This document shows, in pieces, positions 14,261-28,124 of a stretch of 64,000 nucleotides of DNA. Position 1 is the stretch's first letter, and the number at the start of each line of letters is the position of its first letter. Source of the stretch: Geosiphon pyriformis uo1 (Eukaryota; Fungi; Glomeromycota). The stretch spans positions 1 to 64,000 of the forward strand of contig JAAOMT010000071.1 of NCBI GenBank assembly GCA_016748015.1, written 5' to 3'. Under the pieces are notes generated by a model that was not told where the DNA came from, did no database searches, and was given only the letters and a program-made list of their open reading frames with translations. The position numbers and the translations under genes were made by a program.

Positions 14261-14264
14261 TAAT
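14227..14264. repeat. (AAT)n microsatellite
   Basis: Directly visible. Confidence 0.9.
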
Positions 14265-14402
14265 ATAATTTATACAAACCTACAATTTTTAGCTTTTAAA
14301 GAATATGCTTAAAGAATACAATTTTAAAATATAAAATTACAATATGAAAATAGTCATCATTTACGATGATAAAAACCCACAACTCAATACCCTATCGTTT
14401 TC

Positions 14403-16226
14403 TTACTTGTCTCCCTTAACTATTTGAATCTCTCCCTTATGGGAAGTAACCTGAACTCCAGATCCATCTTTCACCTCAAAAAACTTCCTGTGGAGTTTTT
14501 TGCGGATCAAAATGACAGCCATCGCTCCAATAAATAACAAAATCCCAGTAGCAATCAAAATATAAATAATTTCTGCAGGTCTACGTGGAGGAGAATTTGG
14601 GTTATTATTGGTAAAAGCACGACCTTTATCATCCCCAAAAAACGGCTGATCGGTACAACTGGCAACTTCAGCTCGAATAGGATTTGTGTTATGACTGGTA
14701 TCGACACAATTCTCGGTTGTGACTATCTTATTACTATCCGATTTGGAGAAATTTTCGAACCAAGTAGGTAAATATGTTTTTTCATAAGTTGGGTATTGGA
14801 CTGCTATTAGATCACGTAAAACAAGATCTGGACGAGCCCTGGATGTTTCGAACCAATCATCGTATCCTAACACGTTTTGAAGCTTTTGTGTACGATAAAC
14901 ACCTTTGTATTTGATGAATGATGGCACTTGAGCTGAGGAGTCACTGGTTTGGTAATACCCAAAATATTGTTGCCATATGTCATAAGTATTAAGTGGTGCT
15001 GTAAATTGGGTTCGATCAATTAGAATATCGGAACTATCAATCGCTTTTTGGAGTCCAGTTAAGGAGGCAAAAGTCTCGGTTGAATTTGAGGAGGATATTG
15101 CAGCTTAAAATGAATTTAATATGCTAGTTAGCTAATATAATCAAGAAAATTAATGCAAGATTCTATAAATGAAAACTTTAATACTACAAACCAGCATCTT
15201 GAGTTAACTGGAAAATATACTGATTGTTGATTTTTTTCCAAATCTTGCTATCGAGATCGTACGAGACCCAAGAAACAATTTTTCGTGAACTGTAAGGCAC
15301 ATTGGCAATATTTCTAACATGGCATTTATAATTCGATTGAATCTTTTCGAACATAGCCGTGGCATTTTTCTCTCGATTATAAAATAATGAAACAAATTTA
15401 ACCCATTCTAGCCTCTGAAAAAGGTCAATTGACAATACAAGAGATATTAAAAAAGGTTCAAAATATAATGGAAGCAATCATAAGACACTTCGAACTCACT
15501 TGTAACGGATGTAAATTATCAGCTAATGAGATGGTAACATATTTCGGGTCAGGATTTGTAGGCAAGTTTTGAAAAATCAGGTCAACTTGCGCCGAAGAAT
15601 TATTTTTAAATGCTGGCCTGTTGGCCTTTAGCAAACACGGTGAAGTGACCTCGTCTGAATTTTCAACATATTGCAATGAAGAATCGGCACCGATCATCTA
15701 ATAAATTGAAGAAAAAGTGACGGAATTGGAAAAGAGAAAATGGGATTTTAAATAGGCAAATCGAAAATATAGTTATCGCAGCGTCGTGATTACAACTGAA
15801 AATACTTTTATCAATCCAAATTTTTTTTTACCTCTAGGAATGCCAAAGTAGTCAGATCTAAGCTAGCAACGCGCTCGACGGGAACTTTGATAAAACTTTT
15901 TACAGAGATCAATGTAACATTTGGAGGAGTGGGGGTACAATAAAGAATATAGGTTTCATTTGCACGTAAATTTGTCACAGTTTTATAATAATCAGAATAT
16001 TCCACGGTAAAGCCACTCTTTGGGTCTGAAAATTCAACAGGTTACAATTATATGGAAAACAATTTTTTATTTTTGTATTTTCACAAAAAATATTAAAGTA
16101 ACTATTACCGACGCTGACTTTATCAGGGAAGCAATCTTCACCACCACCAGCATAGCTTTCTTCTACAAAAAAACAAACGGATACTACTAGGGCCAAAAAA
16201 AAGATTCGTTCAAACATGCTATTCAT
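14403..16226 (-). CDS. Membrane-anchored ABC-type periplasmic binding protein homolog (Fe/B12-binding-like), multi-exon
   Basis: N-terminal signal peptide; VPVERVASLDLTTLAFLE; LEWVKFVSLFYNREKNATAMFEKIQSNYKC; DWFETSRARPDLVLRDLI; C-terminal TM followed by a basic tail. Confidence 0.75.
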
Positions 16227-17875
16227 TTCTCAATATTATTTTCAGTTCACAGACAGGTGTCTAATGCATCCAGTTTTAGGAGCCATAGGCGTATTTCTAA
16301 TTTGGGTGTGTGATTTGGATAAGTTGAAGATCTTTCCTGTCAAGAGTTTGGTATGTCATGGGATTTGGACAATGTAACCGATTTACTAGTATCACAATCA
16401 TTTTTATTTTCCTCTTGGTTTACCAAACCATTTGACGATGTATACACTATTCAAAAATAGTGAACTGCTGTCTGTTTGGCAGTGCAATCTAAATAAGAAT
16501 TGGACATAATTACAAACTCTTAAAATTTTTAGAGCATTTCTTTATGCAAACGAGCGTTTGAGAGGAAACTTTGTTTGTTTCGTTTTTTTCCGTCCTTTTA
16601 TCTAAAAATTTAGCTAAAGAAATCATTAATGTATCCAATTAAACTTTTGATTCGATAATAATTTCAAGGAATATTCTAATTTTAATATATTTCCCTTACC
16701 ATATGAAAAACTAAATAGAATTGTCACCATATTTCTCAAAATGAAACATTTTTTTTTAGTGAAAAAGTTCTCTTTAGGATCATCAAATAGTTTGTAAAAT
16801 ATTAAAGATGATGAAAATCTAAGGTTTTGATCATAAGAATTATTTGTATTAAGTTACGCAAAAAATCATATCAATCATTAATTAATATCACTGTCAAACA
16901 TTCGAATAAATTATTTTAAATACTAGGCCGAAGTAAAGGAAATGAGTTTTACCTCAAATAAGTCTTTTTGTTGTTGAATCCAGATCTCAATTGTTTTTGA
17001 ATTGGAACTCTTTATTGTCACTTGTGTAATTTTTTAAACCGGACCAAAGCCTGTTCTGGCTCATTACACAAAGACCGATACTTAGTGTCACATTAAATCA
17101 TTCTCGATATTCTTTTCGTGCTTTTAATTGGGCTGGGCGATGTAACTCATGAATTTAGAGAATTTTATTTGGCCCTTTTTCATTCTGAACATTTAAATAG
17201 TTTTAAAGGAAAAAATTTTAATTTTAATAATTTTTTAAACTGAAATTTTTTTTGAGTGGTATCCTTTGAGACTTTTATGGTATTTCTTAAATTATTGATG
17301 ATTAATTATTTCCCATAGCTTTAAATTTTTAAGCTTACAACGCAAATGAAAGACTATTAAAAATATCATCAAAAGATTTTAATCTTTACGAAGTATTCTA
17401 GAAATAACTTCTTTGAGATACGAGTTATGGTTTATTGGAGCATTGTTGTTCATTAAAATATAAGTGTAGTCTTACCCAAAAACACAACCATAAAGGGCTA
17501 CTCGGCATTGTTATCCAATTAAAATTATTGCATTGTTTTAACTGGAAAATTTGGACTTTTAGCATTGAAGCTCTGATCGAAAATGCTTTAGGTTTCATGA
17601 AAATCAGGATTAAAGGAATTCATATTCCAGGATTTTTTTTCTGAATCTATTTTATTCAAATATTATCTAATCAAGGAGAAACCCAGAAATAGGTTGGTTA
17701 ATGAGAAAGAGTTAACCATAATAGGAAACAATTCCTTTGTTTTTATTTCCATGTAAATAAAAAGTATATTTTGCAGATAATTTCACAACTAGAATTTGCA
17801 TCGAAATTTAGATATAAAAGAAAGCGTTTTTTAAGTCACCTCATGCATAAAATCTAAAGAATTTTACTTCAAACT

Positions 17876-20305
17876 ATGTCTTTTCAAAGTGCCATACGTG
17901 TTACAGGAGTAGTGGTTGGAACAACAAGTAACCTTGGCAGAGTTTCATGATGAAATATGTTATTGTTTTGAGAATTACGTATTTTTTAAAGCTGAATTTT
18001 CATCTTGCATTTAGGAGTTCCAGCAGTAGAACAAATCTCTCAGCTACTTGCAGAAATTTTAGACACTGCTCAACAAGTGAAGCAAAATAAAAAAAATTGT
18101 GAAACATTAGTTGATAGGGTCAAAGTTGCCAAAGAGACTCTTGATAAAAAAATAAGTCTTTCATGTGGTCCAGAGGCGATTAAAGCTTACATTGATGCTT
18201 TAACCAACATACAACTGTTTCTAAAAAAACAAGCGAAACCCCGTAGTAAAGTGAAGGACTTTTTCACTGCTAACGATGTAAGTTTTAAATCTTTATATAA
18301 ATTGTCCCTTTGATAAATAATGTAATAGAAGTTTTATTCGTTTTAAAACTTTAAGGTAGCCAATGTAGTTGTAAATTTAAACAATGAATTTAGAGATGCA
18401 ACTCTGGCTTTAACTTTGGCCGCTGTTACAGATGATAAACCAAAATTCGATGAAAAATGTCAAATGGAGTATCTTCAGACTGAAAGAGCAGTTATTAACG
18501 CCATCCGAGATCATGCACCGCTTGGTGATCTTTTAGAGGAGATGAAAATTCCCAACCAAGATATTACTGACTATCCCAATGAAGAAGCAATCCCAATTAT
18601 TCGTGGTAGTCATAATCATGTAAAAAAAAGATATCATACTAAAGGATTTAGAGCAGTAGCAGAAAAACCTATTGGAAAGTTCAATAGTAATGAAAAAAAA
18701 GAAGAAGAGAACTTTTGGGGAGAAATTGCTATTTGGAGACAATTAGTAAAAGCTCCAGGGATTTTAAAATTGTAAGTCAATTTCTCATAAATCTAAAGTA
18801 GAAGAAAAAATTAATTAAATTTATGTTTCTTCGTCCCTTAATTTTAGCTATGGTATTGTTGAGCGCAATGGTGAAATGTTTACTATAAGCGAATGGGCAA
18901 ATAACAACAATTTAGAAACCTATTTCAAGATTGTAAAACCAAAAGTCCAATTGGATTGGAATCAAAAAATCAAGATTGCATCTCAAGTCGCGGCTGCTTT
19001 AGCGTTTTGCCATAGCATGGAAATACTTCATCATGATGTTAGAAGGTAATTCTAAACCGTCATATCATCATGAGAAACTTTCAAAATAACGAGATTATTG
19101 AAAATATTTGGGGTTTTTTAAATATTAGTCACAATATCTTGTTAGATGAAAATCTTGATGCAAAGCTCACAAATTTTCAGCTATCCCGAAAAGTTCAAGA
19201 TGCACTTTCTAAAGATGTGAGGAATAAAATGGCTTTAATCAGGTAAGCTTAATTATAAGTTGTTTTAAATTGAATAAAAATTTTTCCATGATCAGCTGTT
19301 TAAATATATGTTTATAATCCAATTTGTTAGATGGACAGCTCCCGAGAGAATGGTTGGCGCAGATTCAAAACCGCCGAGATTTACGACGCAATGTGACGTT
19401 TATAGGTACTTATTTTCGTTTGAGCTAATCGTTGATAGCATATAATTTAGAATTAATTAGAAAATTTTTATCACACTCATTATATTCTCTTTGGTTTCGA
19501 TTTGCTTGATCACACAATCATTAGTTATGGAATTTTACTTTGGGAAATTGCCACACAACAATTACCATTTGGTGATATCGATAATCACCAAGTACAAGCA
19601 AAGGTTAAATCTGGCGAACGTCCAACTACTATGATACCTGATATTCCTCCTAAATACAAAAAATATATGGAAAAAGCTTGGAATTCAGTCCCAGGAAACC
19701 GGCCCACTATGGCAAAAATTAGCATAAAACTATGCAAGTTTAACCCAGGAAAAAAAGGAGAGAAGGAAGAAGAACTTCTGGAATACTTGGACTTCGTTGA
19801 GGATGATAAAGATCATTGTTGTATTAGCGAACCAGAAATTCCTAACCTCAGTACAGGAATCAAATATTATCAGCAAAATTTATATGAGCAAGCATGGCCA
19901 ATTATTAAAAATTATGCCAGTCAAAGAATGAGAGAAGCACAATATTATGCTGGTAATTATTTTGTCTATGGTCATACCCCAGTTCAAAAGGACATTAAAA
20001 CTGGTTTGAATTATTGGAAGTTGGCAGCTGATAATGGGGATGCAGAGGCTGCATATAGGTATAGTTTAGCGTACTCAAGTAAAAACGCCGAAGCCGGGGA
20101 AAAAGATCCAGCAATTCATGGAAAATATTTCCTTCAGGCAATCGCTCTAGAGCATCCGGGCGCCTTGTATAATGCAGGTGTTGCTGCTTTCCAAAAACGA
20201 AAATATGGAAGTTGCCGAGAACTTTTACAAAGGGCTCATACTGTGGGCAATGCTAAAGCAATGCCAAAATTGGAAGCCTTAATGAAGGATCCAGGTTGGA
20301 AATAG
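17876..20305 (+). CDS. MLKL-like helical bundle + pseudokinase + Sel1 repeats, copy 1 (7 exons, 632 aa)
   Basis: Exons 17876-17927, 18015-18277, 18356-18771, 18848-19045, 19129-19242, 19331-19405 and 19525-20305 sum to 1899 nt in frame. Motifs QQVKQNKKNCETLVDRV, VAEK, HHDVRSHN, KLTNFQLSR, RWTAPE, DVYSYGILLWE; Sel1-like C-terminus. Confidence 0.88.
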
Positions 20306-20805
20306 GTTATTTATCTTTGAAATATCCTAATTTTTTGAAATCGACCACATCATTCATACTAAATTATAGAATGGATATAATTTCTATTATTTTAATTTTA
20401 GAAATAAGATTTATTTATTTAGATTTTTTGAACTTATTTAAAATTTGTACTTATACTTCATCAACACCAAAATTGTTACGCAGTGTATTAGGCGTTACAT
20501 CACCTATCTCCTATCTAGTGTATAGTTTACTTTATTTATATTCTATCTGAATTTTTATTATGTGTTTTCATAGTGACGAGTTAGCTGATAAATACATATG
20601 AAGGGTTGGGGATGCCAAAAAAATTAGTTAAAAAACAATTATAATTTTTCATTTTTTAAATTGGATAATATATCATTTTTTATTTTTAAATTGTGTATGT
20701 AAAAACAAATTCATATAGCTTTTAATTTGAAAGAGATATGTTTCATGGGCATGAAATTTAATGATACTATAATATTTAATAGAAAAAATTTATTAATCTA
20801 TAAAA

Positions 20806-20866
<61 letters not shown>
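20806..20866. repeat. (TAT)n microsatellite
   Basis: Directly visible. Confidence 0.9.
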
Positions 20867-21041
20867 TAGATAGAGAAATATACAAGATTTTCTTTTTTAA
20901 GTGAAACTATTCGATTTTGAAGTGACTTGATTTAAATATTGGCCAAGTATTTGTTTTACTTTATGATAAGAAATAGCTTTGATCTAATAAAATATGTACA
21001 AAAAATTAGATTAATTCCAGATAGCCAGTATTTTAATATAT

Positions 21042-22074
21042 TCAAAAAAATAGGAAAGCCGTAAATATCATAACAGAAATAGCTAGCAAATCCATTCGTT
21101 CATTAATTTGAAAAGTTTGACTTCCATCACTAAAATATATAGGTATAGCATGAGAATTACCATAACCCATATCCGTTTTTGATTCATTAAATCCAATTGT
21201 GACATTTGCTAACCTGGTTACATTGAATCCTGATGATGGTTGAGGCGTCGGAAACATAGATTCAGTTGTTATTGAATTTATAAAAGTATTAACAGGTGTA
21301 GAACTTGAAAATATTGTTGAAGTTGGACCATTTTTTGTTATCTGATCATTCGTTTCTTCTGTGTTATTATTATCTGTCTTTGAATCGAATGATAATTTTA
21401 GTGTGAACTGTATTGGCCTTTTATTTGGATTCGCAACAGCTAAACATAGCATTGTGGAAATGCTCCAAGTAAAATCGATATCACATTCTGCTGCAGCTAC
21501 AATCTGAGGCCGTTGTATATAGCAAGAGGCAGGTGCTCGAATGTAAATTTTCTTAGCGTTTGGATCCAGGAAAAACTGTAGAGCTGTGTCGTTCATAACG
21601 GCTGTTATTAAACCGTTCATCGATGATGAGGTTGCTTGGTAAATATAGCCATATTCTTGTGTGCCAAAGTTTGGTGTTGGCGTGAGATCACCCTCTGTGA
21701 CCTTTATATTATATCCTTTTTATGATGAAAATTTGAATGAGTTTATAATATTTTGGGTAAAAATATTGGATGGTATTATTATTTTACATAATAAAAGAAA
21801 TATGATTAAAATTCTTGGGAACGTCGTTACTACTACTTACGAATAGAATCTGTTGGAGTATTACTACAAATATACCATGTTTTTTGTGAATCCAAGTTTA
21901 CAACCCCAGAAATTAAATCAGCAAAAACTTTATAAACCTGAAAAAAGTTAATAATGAATTGAGTTTAGTAATAAAATTATATATGAGAAATTTTAAGAAA
22001 TTAACGAATAAATGTTAAACCTGAAGAATATAAAAATAAGTAACCAAGAAAAATATTATGCCTTTTGTTAACAT
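21042..22074 (-). CDS. Secreted Ser/Thr-rich, probably GPI-anchored protein, 3 exons
   Basis: Signal-like exon 1 MLTKGIIFFLGYLFLYSS; Cys-containing domain; S/T-rich stalk; hydrophobic C-terminus LLAISVMIFTAFLFF. Confidence 0.65.
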
Positions 22075-24490
22075 GTTTTTCAATTTCTAAAAATTCCTCC
22101 AAAGTTACATTACGAAATTGACTATATCGCAGCCTTTATATTTTAAATTCACTGAGGTCCAAGCCAACTAAAATTTTCATTATCAATTTAAGCTAAATTT
22201 ATGATTAATTAGAGACGATACCTTGAATTTGGTCAAAACAATTAAGGCTTTTACTTTTTTCAAAGCCTGGGCTGTGTTTTTGGCTTTTAGCTAAGGGAAG
22301 CCACAGAATTGTGCAAAATTCAGATATACCAAATTACTTGTTTGCAATATTTATTTGACATTTTTTGTTAATTAATTTTCAACAAGTCTATCTTCACCAT
22401 TTTGATTCATCTATCACAAAATAAATTTTACCAGGGTTTGTATCTGGCTGTCACTTTTAATCATTTTGGTTCGTGTGGCTGTTCGAAAGAAACAAACATA
22501 TTTTTAATTTGGCATCTTATTTCCTATCCTAAAAAGACAAAAGTACAAAAAAATTTATATATACATATACCTTGCCGGCTTCAGTTTTTGGTTAAAGTAC
22601 CCCGGGTCAAATACAAAAAAAAATGAAGGGGTACATAAAGAGTAAATCCAAATGTCATAACATTATGTTGTTAAAAAGCTTTTTAAAAAAATACTTTTTA
22701 TTATTTATAGAAAATGCTGTTTTCCAAAAGTTTAAAATTTATGGTCAACTACAAGTTCATGATAGTAATACTTTTGAAGTTAGTCCAAACTTACCTATTA
22801 CGCCCGAAAGCCCTTTGATGACCATAGCGACGATAAAAAATTTTGACGCTGAGAAAATCGAGGAAATACCGATAATGATCAAGTTCCGATATTAAAGGGG
22901 ATGCTTTTTGTCATCGAGGAAAGAGGTTAATTTTTCCAAGCTGTGTCCTAGGTATTTGTCAACAAGAAAAATAATTTCTTAGCCTTAAAGGATATTATTC
23001 TTACTATTAATATTTGAACAAATTCTTTATGGTATACGTTATATGACAATATTAAACGTTTCTTCGTAAGGTACCAAAAATTAACCTACTTAAATTGGCC
23101 CCTTTAGATGTGTGTATTGTTCTGGTCAAATCCCGTGTTCTCAATTATTACCCTCATTTTTGACGACATCTTCAATCCTAACAAGCATTTTCTTGATTAA
23201 AGAGAAATTGCAGAGTGAGCATTTGTCTCCTATAAAATATTTAGCATTGATGTGCGAGAATGCTAATTGTAACATAAATCGAGTTTATTAAGTAGGTATA
23301 GCATCGTTTTTACAGTGAATTTTCTTGCAGAATTTAGAGGACTACTAGGACGCATATTACTATTGGCGTTGGTTTGTCCTTTTATTAGAATTTGATTGAT
23401 TTAAATAAAAGAAGTGAAATAATTTAAGGCTAGATGTCTGTAGTAATTATTGAAGTTAAAGTATTATCTGAAACAACATTTTAAGATAGAGAGTAAGGAA
23501 TCAAAAATGGATTGCAAATATTTTGGTTTAAAAAGAAAATCAAAATTTCATATCGCCATGGAAGCTTCAGCGAGCACGTAAAATAAGTTTACATAAACGG
23601 TTGAATGATTTTTTTACATTATGTTCAAAACACGCTTTCTTTTAGCTCTATCTTTTATAAAGAACCAAAATAGATATCAAAATTCTCAGAGTCTTTGATT
23701 AAAAAAAAATTAATTCACTTGAAAGATTTTCAAATGAAGAAAGGTTCTTGGCAGGCAAATCGGAATTCTTTTAAAAAGAATTCAATGGCGTATTAATCTA
23801 AATATTAGAGTATAGGCATTTATATAAAATGTGGTTAACAAAATAGATTTCAAAGATTTGGTTAATTAAATTTTTACTCATACGCATATTTGCTATAGAA
23901 ATCTATCAATTAAGAATTTTTTATGGATTAATGATGAAAACGTTTTTAGATTTCCCTAGGAAATCTTTAATAATTAGAAATCATTTTTATTTAATATTTT
24001 AGAATTAATTATTCTAATTCTCTTTTATATAGAATTTTTAAAATTTTTAAAGAGCTATGGAATAAAATGATTAAAATAAAATATTCAAATTTTATAAAAC
24101 TTACATTTTATTAGTATATAAGTTTATTCTGGTATTATTTCAAAAACCTATTATGCGCATTTAAAGTAAGACTAAATTTCTCAATTTTTTTTATTTTTAA
24201 TTAATTAAATATTCATTACGCTTAAATTTTTTTATTATTAAACTTTTGTTATATTAAAAAATTATAATTTTAATAAAATTTTAATATATAGACACATAAA
24301 AAATTATCAGAAATTTATATTAAAATATTTAAATTCAAATTAATAAAGTTATTAGATAAAAAATTGAAAATCCTTTTTTGTTTTTTGCAAAAAATTTAAT
24401 TTCCAACGTGTAAACTTTATTTATTTTTACAATTATACCTTTGGTTTTTTTTTATAATTTCAAATATTAAAATTATAATTAATTTGATAC

Positions 24491-24560
<70 letters not shown>

Positions 24561-24577
24561 TAATAATGATAATAATG

Positions 24578-24618
<41 letters not shown>
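24491..24618. repeat. Long (AAT)n microsatellite in an extremely AT-rich island
   Basis: About 40 units with a few GAT variants. Confidence 0.95.
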
Positions 24619-24619
<1 letters not shown>

Positions 24620-27600
24620 TATAATTTTTTTAATATGCTTTAACAAAGTGCAGCCCAATTACTACCTAATACAATACAATATTGAATATTCTAAAATAGA
24701 TGTAATTCACGTGCTTTCTACATGTAACTGGCCACCTATGCCAATCAAAACCAAATTATACTGAATTTAATTTAAGATATCTATCTTAAACAGTTACTTT
24801 ATGCATATATTTACAAAGAATATTATTATTTCTAACTAAGCTATTTATTTAATTAATAGTCTTCTGAAAATTAAATTTAATATTAAATAGATTCAACTTC
24901 TACAACATCATTATTTTGGCAAAAGGTTTTTTATTTAAAAATAAACTTTTAATAGCATTAGCTTATATGTTATTCTAAATACTATCCAAGCTGTATGTTA
25001 TTTTTATCTTAAATTTAATTACTTTCTTACTCAAATTAGTAAAAATCTTACCAAAAATACTAATACTATAATTAAAAACAATTTTTTTTTCTTTATTTTG
25101 TGTTTTATAACTGGTAATACTAATAATAAAGATGTAATCAAACTGATTAAAAACCCAATTGGCTTAACAATAAATTTAAGACAAATTAATTATTTAAAAT
25201 TTTAAAAAGACCCAATTTAAAATTAAAAAAAGAATTAAAAACAACAAAATATTGGAAAACCAGAAAAGTAACAGTTTTTACATATAATTTTAAACCAATA
25301 AAACAAATTTCAAAAATTTTAAAACCATCAAAGATTTAAACAAAAATATTAAAAAGCAAAATAAAAACACTTTATAGTTAATTATCAAATAATTTAAATT
25401 ATAACATTTAAAACAATACTAATAATCAAACATTTTTTATTATATATGGCTTTTTCTTAAAATATCAGTTTTAATAACAACATTATTTGAAACCCAAAAA
25501 TAATTATAGCAGTTTTTAAATACCAAATAGAATCAGAAGATCGAGAAATAAAACAGATATAATTATTAACTTAAAAAACCAACTTATTGTTCTTATAAAT
25601 AATATGACCAGAAAAAACATTTATTAATTTGGCCTTAAAAGTGTTCTTAAAAATAATCATTTTTTTTTAATTGGCAAAAAAAATTTACATATTGCTTTTT
25701 TGAAAACAGCATTTAAAAATATATACAATATAAAATAAAAAATGTAATATTGTTACTAATTAACAAATTTTAAAAACTTTACCAAAAATATTTATAATAT
25801 TTTTAATATTTTTAATATTATTTATAGTAATCTAAAGAGAACATAACAAAAAACAATAAAAACAGAAACAGAACTAAACACAAAAACCACAAAAGACTTT
25901 ACAATCTTAAAAATAGAAAAAGAAAAAACTTCAGCAAACTTAATTAGCAAAGCAATATTTAAGAAAGCTTAAAATGCAAACTTTATACAAAAAAACTTAA
26001 TATTGTTTTTAAAAACTGATTTTTACGTTTTAATAAGAGCAAAGTTTGATTTTAAAGAAGATATTTGATGCCAGAATAGAAGCCATCCATCCAGAAACTA
26101 ATAATCGTTTCCCTCTGATCCATTGAGCTGATTGGTTGAAGTCGCGTGCAATAACGTGACTTGTTTTGCTTCCAGATCGGCTGGAGATAATAAAAAAATA
26201 AATAAATATAAATGATTCTAAATTCGTCAGCTTATTAAATTAATTGTTTTTCATTGTTTAATTACCAAGACTGATTCTTTAATAAACTTTCATTATTATA
26301 TTTAATTAGTCTTCGAACTTTGAACACTTAATTTTGAAATAATTATTTTCCAATTCTATATGCTTTTCAAACCCTATTATTAAATAGTTTTGCAAGTCAA
26401 TTATCATTGACAACATGAAGCTTAATGTTAAAAATGCTAAAATTCAATTCAATAATTATCAGTTGTAACTCCCTTTAGTGTCAAAACAAAATTTCGCCAG
26501 AAAATACACGCCTGCCACCTAAAATCTCTCTTTCCAAGAGCTTCTCCATAACTAACCACCCACTTGGTGACAAACGCGGCAACCTGCCTCAATTCGATGC
26601 CTCAACAAAATCCTGCTCTAACTCACGGCAAAATGATGCTCGAAAATCTAATGCGCGATAAACATGAGGAATGAGAGCTAGACTTCTTCTGCACAGCATT
26701 ATGTATATCAAAATCCATATCAAGAACACAACTGGTTTGCTCCCAAATCTTGTGAGATAAACGAAGAAAACACCTGGTGATTAATCCACAAAATTTGAAA
26801 CCACCGTGCACATTCACAAAATATCGAAAATCTTTATTTTTAGACATTATTTTCCATGCAATTTACGTTCATCTAATGAAAGCTTGTTCCGCGTTTGTAT
26901 AAATGATGCAAGTACTTCAGACACTCAGAATGTGTCAATACAAGTTAAGATGTTCCCTTAACATAGATAGATAGCCTCTGTTGTTGATCAATAAAGGTCA
27001 ACCATTGCTGTTTGCAATTAAACTTGGTAATGAGATGAAATTCTCAGTAATAGAAATCTTCGTTTTATCAGCTCAGCTCAAGTTATTAAAGTACCAAGGA
27101 ATTTGATGTCTGTTTTTTTTATTAGGGTATGCACAAATCAAACGAAACCCAAAAATAAACGGTGTATATATACATCAAGCAAACAAGTCTTTGCATAGAT
27201 TCCATAAAGTTTGTTTTGGGACCTAAATGGTAGGTTGATTACATATGTAGCCATTAATAAAGAAATTACAAAATCTGTGATTCATGCGTGGAAGGAACAA
27301 GTTGCATCAACAGTTTGCTGTGATAAGTTTACCTTCACATTATTGATCTCGCAAATCATAGTTAGATCAGCGAAAGTGCAATGTTGGATTTTGGGAATTC
27401 CATCTCACCAAAAAACCATGATGGTAGTAATGGTCAAGGGAATACTTTATAAGCGTGGCGAGGTTAACTTAGATCAATATTTGGGTAAACCAATTTACCT
27501 CCAGCAACAGTTTAATATTCAGAGCCCTAGATGCACCCCGTTTGAATGTGTAAGGTTACAAAAAAAACTTTTCATAAAAATATGTCCTAGCGAAAACAAC

Positions 27601-28124
27601 ATATACACTTATACTATTTCGCCAGGGGGAGCGCAAAATTCAATTGCCATTTCATTTCCATAGATTGGCGTTACACATTGAAACCTGAAGACAAAACATA
27701 TGTCTGTCTCATTAATGATCCACCCCTATACAAAGATTAATATCCTCATTGACGACAGTAAATAGACAGAATTCTTGGACATAGATGATCGCTCGCCAAC
27801 ACGACTGCCGTCTGTTTGCTCACCAGAAGAGAAGAACCGATCTCATTCTTCTCAAGTGTCTTTTTGATCGACTTGTTCTCTCCCTTGGAGCCATGCACTT
27901 GGAACTACTGGAGCCGTAACAATAGTTACTCTGGAGCGGGAATTTGGGAGGTGCGTATACAGCCAGTAGTTTTTTCCCAAATTTCAGGGGGAACAAAAAA
28001 GTACACAAAAAAACGTCTAGAATGATCTACACGTAACGACACACAACGTTCATGACAGCTGAGCTAAAATTCTGGATTGCCTATAAAATCAGTCTCTGCC
28101 TCACTCTTGTTATTATATCCTAAA

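Noticed and set aside
17876-17927. Short V/T/G-rich first exon as a possible amyloid signalling motif
   Set aside because: It lacks the N/Q/G pseudo-repeat or RHIM pattern and more plausibly forms the first helix of the bundle.
26480-27663. ORFs 26623-26847 and 27211-27663 and nearby GC-richer patches
   Set aside because: No recognisable motif; probably eroded transposon or gene debris, but I cannot assign it.
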